Shown here: positions 1 to 9,435 of the stretch, piece by piece
Numbering within the stretch: the first letter of the stretch is position 1
Layout: each line of letters begins with the position of its first letter
IMG/VR virus record: IMGVR_UViG_3300021560_000013
Coordinates: 32,001 to 96,000 of that record
Strand: one strand, 5' to 3'
Length of the DNA: 64,000 nucleotides
Source of the DNA: a virus
Notes under the pieces: model-generated
Told to the model about the DNA's origin: nothing
The model's database searches: none
Seen by the model: only the letters and a program-made list of their open reading frames with translations
Position numbers and translations under genes: made by a program

Positions 1-1
1 G

Positions 2-3000
2 TTCCAGGGGACGATCGCCGGGCTCGGGTCGGTGTTCCGCCACAACCTGCCGGGGATGATGACCGGGGTCGTGAACATCCTGAAGGCGCTCGGGAACATC
101 CTGAAGGAGATCGCCCCGACGCTCGACAAGACGGGCGGGCTGTTCGCGAAGCTGACCGGCAACTTCGAGCAGTGGACGCGGAGTAAGACGGGCAAGAGCC
201 GGATCCACGAGATGACCGAGGCGTTCAAGGAGTGGGGGCGGCTCCTCGGCCAGGTCGCCCGGCTGATCGGCGCGGTGATGGGCCAGGGCATCAAGCCGGG
301 CACGAGCGAGATCGGCAAGTGGGCGGACAAGATCGGCAAGCTCGCGGACTCGCTCCGGGGCGGCGGCAAGCAGAAGTCGATCGCGGACTTCTTCCAGAAG
401 GGGATCGACACGGCCAACAACCTGTGGCCGGTGCTGAAGAACCTCGCGACGGCGCTGATGGGGATCTACAACGTGTGGAAGCCGCTGGGCAGCGTCGTGC
501 AGACCGTCCTGAAGGCGTTCCCGCCGGGCGTCGTCGGCGCGCTGTCGCTCGCGTACGTCGGTCTGAAGGGCGGCATCGGCGCGGCCAAGGGGTTCAAGGG
601 CGTCGCGAGCTTCTTCGGCAAGGACCGCGACGGCTCCTCGGAGCGCAAGTCGCTGTACGTGATCGTCACCAACATGTTCAGGGGCGGCGGCAGCGGCGCT
701 GGCGGATCCAGCTGGCCGGGCGGCGGCAGCAAGTGGGAGAAGGACGCAATGAAGGCCGAGGAGCGCGCCGCCGGGAAGGGCGGGTTCTTCGGGCGCTTCT
801 TCCGGGGCAAGGGCGGCGTCCGAGGCAAGCTCGGCGGTCTGATCGGCTTTGGTGAGACGGCAGCCGAGGACACCCGCCTGGTGGGCGGGCTCGGCAAGGT
901 CTCCGGGTTCGGCGGCAGGTTCCTGGACCGGATCAAGGGTCACTTCGGGATCGGCGGGGCGAAGCTCGAAGAGGACGTGGGCAAGAGCTTCCTGTCCCGG
1001 ATATTCAGGGGCGGCGGCGTTCGCGGGTTCGGCGGGCTGACCGGCGGGCTGAGCGGCATGGCTGCGATGATGGCGCTGCCCGTCGCGGAGAAGTTCATCC
1101 CGAAGGCGCTGCGCGACAGCCCGGTCGGCAAGATCGGCGGCAGGCTGTTCGGCGGGTTCCTGCAGGGCGGCACGGCGGGTCTCGCGATCACCGGCGCGAA
1201 CATGCTGCTGCCGTCCTCGATCACGCAGTCCGGGATCGGGCGGACGGCCACGAGGATCGGGATGGGCGCGGCGACCGGCGCGACGTTCGGGAGCATGTTC
1301 GGCCCGCTCGGGACCGGCATCGGAGCGCTCGCTGGCGGCGGGCTCGCGGCAGCTGCGCCGCTGCTGAAGCACGTTCCGGTGCTCGGCGCGATCGCCGGGT
1401 TCTTCGGCGGCGGCGGCGGTCCGAGCGACGCGCAGAAGAAGTCCGAGGCGGGGATGCAGAGCTTCCAGAACCGGATCAAGGATCTGAAGGGCAACCTGGA
1501 CAAGCTCTCCCCCAAGCAGCTGATGGCGCTCAAGGACTGGGCGTTCAAGCTCGCGTCGGACCCGAACCTCAAGAAGTACAAGGACTGGCTCGTCTCGACC
1601 GGCGACCAGCTGCAGGATCCGAGCAAGGGGCTCAGGGGCGCGCTCGCGAAGGTCCAGCCCGCGTTCCAGGCGACCGCGTCCGTCGCTGGGCAGAGCCTCC
1701 AGGCGATCCAGTCCGTCGCCAAGAGCACCACCGCGCAGATCCAGGCGACGCTGCCTTCGGGCTCGGCGGCAGCGACGCTGGCGCTGTCCCAGAACTACCA
1801 GCAGGCCGCTGCCGACGTGCAAACGTCGATGCAGAACGGCGTCGTGGCGAACACGGCGGCTGGTATTGCGGCGGTGAACGGCTTGATGGCGAAGGCGTTC
1901 CAGCAACTCGGGTTCACTGGTCCGCAGTCGAAGAACCTCGCCGGGATGCTGGCGAAGGGTGGTTCCGCTGGGGCAGCCGCCCAGAACGTGCTGAACGTTG
2001 CACAGGCTGGCAAGGCTCAGGCAGCCACCGGCCAGGGCGGCGCGGCGGCGGGCGTCTCCACGAGCCAGTTCCTCTCGGCGGCAACCACGTCCTACGCGGC
2101 CCTGCCCGGCAAGCATGCGGCGGGCGGACGCCTGCCCGGCCCGGCGATGGGGGATCACATCCCGCTGTACGGCAAGGGCGGCGGGCTGCTCGGGATCGCG
2201 GACGGCGGCGAACTGGTCGTCAACAAGCACACCGAGAACCGCGTCAACGCGAAGCTCGCCGCGTTTGGCACCACGCTCGGACGCGAGGTCTCGAACGAGA
2301 CCAGGCCGCACAGCCGGGCGTTTTACCAGGGCGGTCGCATCCCGACGTTCCAGACGGGTGGCGTCACCGGCGAGGTGGACGCGTTCTTCAGCGCCGCCGG
2401 GTTCAACAAGATCGCGATCGCCGGGATCCTCGGCAACGCCATGCAGGAGTCCGGCCTGAACCCGAACACGGCGGGCGGCGGCATGTGGCAGCAGATCTCC
2501 AACTTCGGCCAGGGCACCGGCGGCTCGCTCCAGGCCCAGATGGTCAAGATGCTCTCGCAGATCGGCGGGCTCCGCGCCGCGCTGAACTCGGCGTCGAGCC
2601 CCGGCGCGGCGGCGACGATCTTCGAGCAGGGCTTCGAGAAGGCGGGCATCCCCGCGCTTGCGAACCGCATCAAGTACGCCAACGAGGCGTACTCCGGACA
2701 GCTGGGCGGCACGATCACCGGCGGCACCGGCGGGGCGGCAGCTGGTCTCGCGCCGATCTCGATCCCGGTCATCATCGCGCCGCAGGTCGGCGGCGCTGGG
2801 GCCACGCAGGCGCTCGGCCAGACGAACGTCAACGCGTACACGGGCGTGGCGAACGCGATCGTCCAGGCGGCGGGGGCGCAGATCAACGCCACTCGCGCAG
2901 CCACGATCACCGGTGGTGGCGGCGGCGCAGGCCCGTCGTTCGTCGCGGCGGGAGGCCCCACCCCGCCGCAGGTCCAGTACGCGCTGCAGGCCGCGAACGC

Positions 3001-3760
3001 GCTCGCTGACCGCCACCCGCCGTACGGCCACCAGGGCGCTGGCTGGGGGCTCGGTGCCTACGACTGCTCGTCGTACGTGAGCACGGTCATGGACGCGGCG
3101 GGGATCTGGCCGAAGTGGGCGTACTACACGGCGGCGCAGCCGATCAACCAGCACACCGATCCGGGGCCGGGCCAGTACATCACGATCGGCACCTGGGGCA
3201 CGTCCGGCCAGCAGGCCCACACGATGATGTCGATCATGGGGAACTATTTCGAGTCGGGTGGTGGAGATGGAGGCCCGCACCGTGACTCCGGGTGGTCGCA
3301 GAAGTTCGACCAGTACCGCCATCCGCACGGCTACGCCACTGGCGGTCTGCTCGGAAAGAACCGCGCGGGCTCGCGCCGCAACCTGTTCCTGAACAAGAAC
3401 CCAGGGCGCGGTCGGCCCGGCTACCAGCCGACGCAGGCCGAGGCCGCTGAGATCCAGCGCAACCAGGCGGCGATCAAGATGCAGTTCGCCAAGGAGCACG
3501 GCTACGGGCTCGGTGGCTACATCCCGTGGTTCGCCGGTGGCGGCGACTTCGTGGCGCGGCGTCCGACCGTGATCGGCGTGGGCGACCGGCCCGGCGGCGA
3601 GCGGGTCACCGTGTCACCGACCACCGGACCCGGCTCGCTCGGCGGTCACCCGCTGCACGTCGAGATCCACCACATCGAGGTGAACCGCGAGGGTGACATC
3701 CAGAAGATCGTGGACCGCGAGCTTCAGCTGCTCGCGGCGGGAATCGAGAACAGGCTCTGA
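2..3760 (+). CDS. Tape measure protein (5'-partial) with phage-tail-lysozyme and NlpC/P60-like domains
   Basis: Frame is open from the window edge. Long Gly/Ala-rich helical protein; AGILGNAMQESGLNP lysozyme motif (~2400-2690); YDCSSYVS...HTMM peptidase motif (~3050-3240); lies upstream of baseplate genes. Confidence 0.9.
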   Translation, partial: FQGTIAGLGSVFRHNLPGMMTGVVNILKALGNILKEIAPTLDKTGGLFAKLTGNFEQWTRSKTGKSRIHEMTEAFKEWGRLLGQVARLIGAVMGQGIKPGTSEIGKWADKIGKLADSLRGGGKQKSIADFFQKGIDTANNLWPVLKNLATALMGIYNVWKPLGSVVQTVLKAFPPGVVGALSLAYVGLKGGIGAAKGFKGVASFFGKDRDGSSERKSLYVIVTNMFRGGGSGAGGSSWPGGGSKWEKDAMKAEERAAGKGGFFGRFFRGKGGVRGKLGGLIGFGETAAEDTRLVGGLGKVSGFGGRFLDRIKGHFGIGGAKLEEDVGKSFLSRIFRGGGVRGFGGLTGGLSGMAAMMALPVAEKFIPKALRDSPVGKIGGRLFGGFLQGGTAGLAITGANMLLPSSITQSGIGRTATRIGMGAATGATFGSMFGPLGTGIGALAGGGLAAAAPLLKHVPVLGAIAGFFGGGGGPSDAQKKSEAGMQSFQNRIKDLKGNLDKLSPKQLMALKDWAFKLASDPNLKKYKDWLVSTGDQLQDPSKGLRGALAKVQPAFQATASVAGQSLQAIQSVAKSTTAQIQATLPSGSAAATLALSQNYQQAAADVQTSMQNGVVANTAAGIAAVNGLMAKAFQQLGFTGPQSKNLAGMLAKGGSAGAAAQNVLNVAQAGKAQAATGQGGAAAGVSTSQFLSAATTSYAALPGKHAAGGRLPGPAMGDHIPLYGKGGGLLGIADGGELVVNKHTENRVNAKLAAFGTTLGREVSNETRPHSRAFYQGGRIPTFQTGGVTGEVDAFFSAAGFNKIAIAGILGNAMQESGLNPNTAGGGMWQQISNFGQGTGGSLQAQMVKMLSQIGGLRAALNSASSPGAAATIFEQGFEKAGIPALANRIKYANEAYSGQLGGTITGGTGGAAAGLAPISIPVIIAPQVGGAGATQALGQTNVNAYTGVANAIVQAAGAQINATRAATITGGGGGAGPSFVAAGGPTPPQVQYALQAANALADRHPPYGHQGAGWGLGAYDCSSYVSTVMDAAGIWPKWAYYTAAQPINQHTDPGPGQYITIGTWGTSGQQAHTMMSIMGNYFESGGGDGGPHRDSGWSQKFDQYRHPHGYATGGLLGKNRAGSRRNLFLNKNPGRGRPGYQPTQAEAAEIQRNQAAIKMQFAKEHGYGLGGYIPWFAGGGDFVARRPTVIGVGDRPGGERVTVSPTTGPGSLGGHPLHVEIHHIEVNREGDIQKIVDRELQLLAAGIENRL

Positions 3761-4692
3761 TGGCGGACGGGCTGAAGATCACGCTGTCCGGTCTCGGTAA
3801 CGGGCTGACCGTGGACAAGAACGGTCGGGCGCTCCTGCCCAAGCCGTTCGTGTTCCAGTGCTCGCCGCTGGAGCAGTACGCGATCCAGTACCAGATGAAC
3901 ATGGGCATGTACGACACGATCGACAACGACCAGTTCATGCGCCGGGGCTCGCGCCAGCTGGACACCTGGTCGTTCGACACGCTTGCGATGTATCTAGGTG
4001 TCGATCCTCATCCGGACGGGGTCCTGCGCTCGGTGGACCAGATGAAGCTGGTCACCGACGGGCACTACCAGCCGTCGTGGGTGCCGCACCCGACGCGCGA
4101 GCCGTCCGGCACCCAGTACCACCGGCCCGAGTGGTACCGGGATCAGCTGGAGAAGCTGCTCGACGCGGGCTCGCCGTTCCAGTATGTCGCGGCGTTCATG
4201 CACTCGACCACGATCCACCGCACCCCGGCGGTGCTGACCGCGTTCCAGGAGATCCACAAGCACGGCGAGGGCGACGCGATCTACTTCGCCAGCGTGTCGT
4301 TCACCAAGTGGCGCGATCCGGGCGGCGAGTCGGACAAGCCGAAGGGCACGCACCATCTGCCGGGCCACGTCCGCTTCCGGCTCGTGCAGCCGAACAACCG
4401 CTACATCGCCTACGACCTGGCGAACAACCGCAACATCCCGACGAAGGCCCACCGGACCGGCACCACGCTGATGGACCTGTCCCGCTACTTCTACGGCGAC
4501 GCGTCGCACTGGCGCAAGATCGCCCAGGTCAACCACCTGAAGGGCGGCGGTGGCAACACGCCGATCTTCAAGCACTGGTACCCGCACCGGATCTCGCGCG
4601 GCAAGCCGAACGTGACCATGACCGTCCCGAAGCTCCCCAAGCCGCCGCCGACGACGCGCACCGCCCCGGCGAAGACGAGGAAGAAGAAGTGA
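3760..4692 (+). CDS. LysM-containing tail tube initiator (XkdP-like)
   Basis: GTTLMDLSRYFYGDASHWRKIAQVNHL is LysM-like; immediately follows the tape measure. Confidence 0.7.
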   Translation: MADGLKITLSGLGNGLTVDKNGRALLPKPFVFQCSPLEQYAIQYQMNMGMYDTIDNDQFMRRGSRQLDTWSFDTLAMYLGVDPHPDGVLRSVDQMKLVTDGHYQPSWVPHPTREPSGTQYHRPEWYRDQLEKLLDAGSPFQYVAAFMHSTTIHRTPAVLTAFQEIHKHGEGDAIYFASVSFTKWRDPGGESDKPKGTHHLPGHVRFRLVQPNNRYIAYDLANNRNIPTKAHRTGTTLMDLSRYFYGDASHWRKIAQVNHLKGGGGNTPIFKHWYPHRISRGKPNVTMTVPKLPKPPPTTRTAPAKTRKKK

Positions 4693-6233
4693 CCACGAAG
4701 ATCCCCGCCCGCCAGCGCCACGAGGAGATCAAGTTCGAGAACATGGTCATCAGCCAGGACGAGCAGACGATCTCGACGCCGGACATCTGGAAGACGCGGA
4801 TCCGGGTCGTGGCCCGCACCGCCGACGGCAACATCGACATCTCGGGCATGTGCGACGGGCTGTCCTGGTCAGACCAGTCATCGGACAGCCTCGCGAACAT
4901 CAACGTGCAGGCGGCGATGAGCGGCTCGATCACGCTGAAGAAGCCAGCGCTGCGCAACTACAGGAACCTGGCATCTGTGTTCTCGGCGCGAGTCGTGAAG
5001 GGCGTCGATCGCTGGGGCGCGCTCGGCGTGGTGATTGTCGCCCAGGTCGGGTACGGCAAGAAGTACACGAGCATCTGGGCGATGCGGGTCACGCCCGGCT
5101 ACGGCTCCAGCACCTCGGAGTCGATCTCGCTGGCGTCCGGCGACTGGACGCTGAACCTCACCGACGACCTGTGGACGATCGCCCAGACCGTGGCCGACTT
5201 CAAGTACACGAAGGGCAAGGTGATCCGCAAGAACGGGTGGCGCTGCGACCAGATTGCCCATGACGTGTGCCAGCGCTACCGCATCCCGGTGCGGACGCTG
5301 TCGCAGGGCACGACGTTTTTCGCGCTCGCCGCGTCCGACACGGCGCTGAAGTCGCCGGTGGACGTGATCACCGCCGCCTACAACGAGGAGACGAAGCGGA
5401 CCGGACGGACGTTCATCGTCCGCTGGGGCGCGCCGGACGCCAAGCACCCGTTCGGGGCGCTGGAGGTGATCCCGATGCGCCGCAACCGCAACCTGTACAG
5501 GCTGCGCCAGCAGCTGCTCGACGCGACACTGACGCGCTCCCAGCAGACCGGGTTCGCGACGATCATCCTGGCGCGCGGCCAGATCAAGCAGCGCAAGGGC
5601 AAGACCCGGAAGGTGACCGCCACCGTCCGCTCGGACCCCGCGATCCACCGCTTCGGCTTCGTGCGCAAGACGATCGACTTCGGCACGGTCAACTCCGAGA
5701 CGGAGCTTCGGATCATGGCGCAGCGCTCGCTTGCGCAGCGCCTGACGCCGATCCGCACCGCCGAGTTGAACCATCCCGGCATCGCGTCGATCCGCCGGGG
5801 CGACGCGGTCCACATCAACATCCCCGAGGAGGGCTACTCCGACGCGATCCTGACCGCGCTGCAGACGCCGTCGCAGAAGCACAAGCCGAAGTACCTGGTG
5901 GCCGCGCTGCAAGCCGCTGAGAAGGCGGACCCGTCGCTGTACGGGCTGCCGGACCCGACGGCAGCTGCGGCGGCAGCCAGCCAGAGCACGAGCACAACGC
6001 CAGCTGCGGACGCGAACACCCCGGCGATCACACCCGTCGCCAACCAGGGCATCGCGTTCGTGACCAGCGCGTCGCACTCGGTGTCGAGCGGCTCGTACAC
6101 GATGGACCTGTCCACGCAGTTCATCGACGTGCTCGACCCACGCGAGATCCGCGCCGAGGTGGACAAGACGATCCGCGACTGGAAGAAGGCCAACCCGCCG
6201 TCGTCGGCCAAGAAGAAGGCGAAGAAGAAGTAG
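4689..6233 (+). CDS. Baseplate hub protein (XkdQ/gpD-like)
   Basis: GTG start overlaps the upstream TGA; position after the LysM gene; SIRRGDAVHI and VTSASHSVSSGSYTMDL are hub-like motifs. Confidence 0.7.
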   Translation: MTTKIPARQRHEEIKFENMVISQDEQTISTPDIWKTRIRVVARTADGNIDISGMCDGLSWSDQSSDSLANINVQAAMSGSITLKKPALRNYRNLASVFSARVVKGVDRWGALGVVIVAQVGYGKKYTSIWAMRVTPGYGSSTSESISLASGDWTLNLTDDLWTIAQTVADFKYTKGKVIRKNGWRCDQIAHDVCQRYRIPVRTLSQGTTFFALAASDTALKSPVDVITAAYNEETKRTGRTFIVRWGAPDAKHPFGALEVIPMRRNRNLYRLRQQLLDATLTRSQQTGFATIILARGQIKQRKGKTRKVTATVRSDPAIHRFGFVRKTIDFGTVNSETELRIMAQRSLAQRLTPIRTAELNHPGIASIRRGDAVHINIPEEGYSDAILTALQTPSQKHKPKYLVAALQAAEKADPSLYGLPDPTAAAAAASQSTSTTPAADANTPAITPVANQGIAFVTSASHSVSSGSYTMDLSTQFIDVLDPREIRAEVDKTIRDWKKANPPSSAKKKAKKK

Positions 6234-6581
6234 ATGCTCGACCCGGAGCCCGCAGTCCTCGACGGTCGCCAGTGCTTCCTCGACGCCCAGGCCGCGTACG
6301 CCGGGCAGGTCGTGCCGCTCGGCTTCTTCACCTGCTCCTGGTACGGCACGGCGGTCCAGGACGAGCGCGGCAGCTTCGCGGTCGTGGACCCGAACATGGG
6401 GCTCGCGGACGCGGTCGGTGAGGTGGTCCAGATCGCCTACGAGCGCCGGACGGTGAACGTGTACGTGCTCGGCTCCCAGGCCGGGCTCGGGACCGACATC
6501 GGCGTCACCCGGCGCTCCTACATGGCGTTCGCGCTGCTCGCGGACGAGCCGATCACCGTGACGGTCGGAGCGGTCTCGTGA
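6234..6581 (+). CDS. Hypothetical tail/baseplate protein
   Basis: Abuts both neighbours; phage-like codon use. Confidence 0.6.
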   Translation: MLDPEPAVLDGRQCFLDAQAAYAGQVVPLGFFTCSWYGTAVQDERGSFAVVDPNMGLADAVGEVVQIAYERRTVNVYVLGSQAGLGTDIGVTRRSYMAFALLADEPITVTVGAVS

Positions 6582-7588
6582 GCGGACGCCTCGCGGTTCA
6601 GGACGCGCTCGACAAGCACGCCAAGCGCGTGGTCGATCGCCACCGCGCGGTGCGCCGGGGCACGGTCGTTGATCTGACGCCGCTGACGGTGGACGTGAAC
6701 GACTTCGATCACCCGCTGACCTACCAGGACGACTTCGAGATGTCGCAGTGGATGGTCGCCTACAACCAGGGCACGAAGCTCCGGGTGGGCGACACGGTCC
6801 TGCTGCACCAGGAGGAGCACGAGTGGGTCCTGGTCGATGTCATCTCTGACGCCACGGTCGGCAGCCTCGGGGCGGGCGCGGCGGCAGCTGCTGTCGCTGG
6901 TACCACCCAGGCGGGAGTGGTCGCAGCGCGAGCCTGGCGCTCGGCACCGTGGAACCCCGCATCGGGCTGGCAGATCATCCCCGTGGACACTTCCGAGTAC
7001 GACAGCGCCAGCAACCTGAACCTGGCGCAGAACGCCTTCGTCGTCACCGTCGCGGGCTACTACCAGGTCTCAGTCGGCGCGTGCGTGCAGAACTCCGCGT
7101 CGGCCTTCAACGCGCAGGTGGGGGTGACGGTCAACGGCAGCCTCACGCATGCGCTCGAAGGCGCGCCCAACGTCGCCGGGCAGTCGATGTACCCGACGAT
7201 GGCAGCCACAGACATCGTGCGCTGCGTCGCGGGAGACAGGATCCAGGGGTACTTCTGGGCGAGCGCTACGCCACCGGCGATGGCACAGGCGCAGTCGAAC
7301 TTCCTCGCGGTGGCGCTCATCACTGTCGGCGCGGGACCGCAGGGACCGCCCGGCCCGGTCGGCCCGCCCGGCACGCTCCCGCCGGGCTCGGGCGACCAGA
7401 ACTACGTGTTCACCCAGGTGAGCGGCGCGGTCACCTGGAGCATCGCGCACAACCTCGCGAAGTACCCGTCGGTGTCAATCGTGGACAGTGCCAACAACCT
7501 GCTGGTGGCCGACGTGCAGTACATCGACCTGAACAACCTGACCGTTTCCTTTGCCAACGCGACTGCGGGGAAGGCGTACATGAACTGA
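6578..7588 (+). CDS. Baseplate spike-like protein (XkdR-like N-terminus) with a C1q-like domain and a short collagen stretch
   Basis: RGTVVDLTPLTV...LRVGDTVLL N-terminus; VAGYYQVS...AGDRIQ jelly-roll motif; GPQGPPGPVGPPG. Confidence 0.6.
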   Translation: MSGRLAVQDALDKHAKRVVDRHRAVRRGTVVDLTPLTVDVNDFDHPLTYQDDFEMSQWMVAYNQGTKLRVGDTVLLHQEEHEWVLVDVISDATVGSLGAGAAAAAVAGTTQAGVVAARAWRSAPWNPASGWQIIPVDTSEYDSASNLNLAQNAFVVTVAGYYQVSVGACVQNSASAFNAQVGVTVNGSLTHALEGAPNVAGQSMYPTMAATDIVRCVAGDRIQGYFWASATPPAMAQAQSNFLAVALITVGAGPQGPPGPVGPPGTLPPGSGDQNYVFTQVSGAVTWSIAHNLAKYPSVSIVDSANNLLVADVQYIDLNNLTVSFANATAGKAYMN

Positions 7589-9435
7589 TGCCAAAGCTCG
7601 GCTCACATCTCGACTTCTCGCAGCTGGAAGCGCGCAACATGACGATCCAGAACTCGGCTGCGCCCAGCGCGCCGGTGAAGGGTCAGATCTACTACGACAC
7701 GGCGTCGAACACGCTGCTGTGGTGGAACGGCACCGCGTGGATCTCGGCGGTCGGCGGCATCTACGCGGACGCCACCGCGTCGAGCAAGGGCATCGTGCAG
7801 CTGGCCGGGGACCTGTCCGGATCAGCCGCCGCACCGGTCATCGCGACAGGCGCGATCACCTCCGCGAAGATCGCGGACGGCACGATCACCGACGTAGACG
7901 TGGCGGCGGCGAACAAGGACGGCGCGGTCGGCACGTACTCGATGCGCACCCTCGGGCTCGGCGCGGCGCAGGCGATGCCCGGCAACACGCGCCAGGACCA
8001 GATCGCCCTGCCGACCGCTCCGATGAACAACAACAGCCAGCGCTACACGGCGATAGCCGACCCGACCGCTGCGCAGGACGCTGCCACGAAGAACTACGTG
8101 GACACGCTCGGGTCCGCGAACCTCTCGTGGAAGCAGGAAGTCCGCGTGGTCGCTTACGGCGTGAACCTCACCCAGTCGGGCACGCAGACCGTGGACGGTG
8201 TCACGCTCGCCGTTGGGGACCGGGTGCTGTGCGTGGCGCAGACGACCGCCAACCAGAACGGCATCTGGATCGTGCAGTCGGGCGCGTGGACGCGAGCGCC
8301 GGACATGAACACCTGGACGCAGACGCTCGGCGCGATCGTCCCGACGAGCCAGCAGGGCACAAGCTGGTACGGGTCAATCTGGCGCTCGAACGCCTTCGAG
8401 GGTGGCACGATCGGCACCACGAACCTGTCGTTCACTGCCATCCCGAGCGCCATCGGCTTCGGCGGCACCACGCCCGGTTACGTGATGGCGGGCAACGCCA
8501 CGCTGGCGACCATTGGGTCATCGAGCCAGGCCCAAGGGGATGTCTACATCAACAACCACAAGGTCACCGGCCTGCTCGACCCGACTGTCTCCTCCGACGC
8601 GGCTACCAAGAACTACGTTGACAACGCGACGCAGGGACTGAACGCCAAGGCCGCTGTCGTGTGCGCCACGACCGCCAACATCACCCTGTCGGGTCTGCAG
8701 GCGATCGACGGCTACACGACGCTCGCGAACGACCGTGTGCTGGTGAAGAACCAGACGACGGCGAGCCAGAACGGCATCTACGTTGCAGCGTCCGGCGCGT
8801 GGACACGTTCGCTGGACAATGACACCTGGGCTGAGATGCCTGGCGCGTACGTGTGGGTCGAGGTGGGTACCGCGAACGCCGACTCGGGCTGGCTCTGCAC
8901 CAATGATCCGGGCGGCACGCTGAACACTACAAACGTGACCTGGGTGCAGTTCTCGGGCGCGGGCCAGATCACCGCCGGGACCGGCCTGACCAAGTCAGGG
9001 AACACGCTCACCGTGGCAGTGGACGGCGCGACGATCGGCTTCTCCGGGAACAACCTGACGATCCCAGCGGGCGGGGTAGGTGCCGCGCAGCTTGCCAGCG
9101 GCGCGGTCGTGCTGAGCGGTGCGGACGTGACCGGCACGCTTCCCATCGTCAACGGCGGCACAGGCCAGACCACTGCGAAGGCAGCGCGCGAGACAGGGCT
9201 CAGCGCAGCAGGCTTCTACACCAATAGCGCCACGCACGGCGCGGGCGCGACGATCACGATCCCGCAGGCGACGCATCTGCTGCGCGCGGCGCGCGACCTG
9301 CACGTCCAGGTGCTCGACGCCACCAGCGGCAACGTCGAGCTACCCGACATCGCGGTCGCCGCCAACGGGGACGTGACCGTCACCTATGCGGTGTCCGTCG
9401 CCGCCAACTCGAAGTACGTGACGGTGGTCGGCTGA
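7588..9435 (+). CDS. Tail fibre/structural protein with a duplicated DAATKNYVD / DRVL..QT..QNGI domain
   Basis: ATG overlaps the upstream stop; two internal repeats; ADATASSKGIVQL fibre motif. Confidence 0.75.
   Translation: MPKLGSHLDFSQLEARNMTIQNSAAPSAPVKGQIYYDTASNTLLWWNGTAWISAVGGIYADATASSKGIVQLAGDLSGSAAAPVIATGAITSAKIADGTITDVDVAAANKDGAVGTYSMRTLGLGAAQAMPGNTRQDQIALPTAPMNNNSQRYTAIADPTAAQDAATKNYVDTLGSANLSWKQEVRVVAYGVNLTQSGTQTVDGVTLAVGDRVLCVAQTTANQNGIWIVQSGAWTRAPDMNTWTQTLGAIVPTSQQGTSWYGSIWRSNAFEGGTIGTTNLSFTAIPSAIGFGGTTPGYVMAGNATLATIGSSSQAQGDVYINNHKVTGLLDPTVSSDAATKNYVDNATQGLNAKAAVVCATTANITLSGLQAIDGYTTLANDRVLVKNQTTASQNGIYVAASGAWTRSLDNDTWAEMPGAYVWVEVGTANADSGWLCTNDPGGTLNTTNVTWVQFSGAGQITAGTGLTKSGNTLTVAVDGATIGFSGNNLTIPAGGVGAAQLASGAVVLSGADVTGTLPIVNGGTGQTTAKAARETGLSAAGFYTNSATHGAGATITIPQATHLLRAARDLHVQVLDATSGNVELPDIAVAANGDVTVTYAVSVAANSKYVTVVG

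Noticed and set aside
3858-4688. Long N-terminal extensions and antisense ORFs in the track (e.g. 3858, 6949, 19812, 22832, 33275, 54725-56323)
   Set aside because: Arg/Pro/Ala-rich shadow frames caused by high GC, overlapping better-supported genes. Starts were reassigned to coupled codons.
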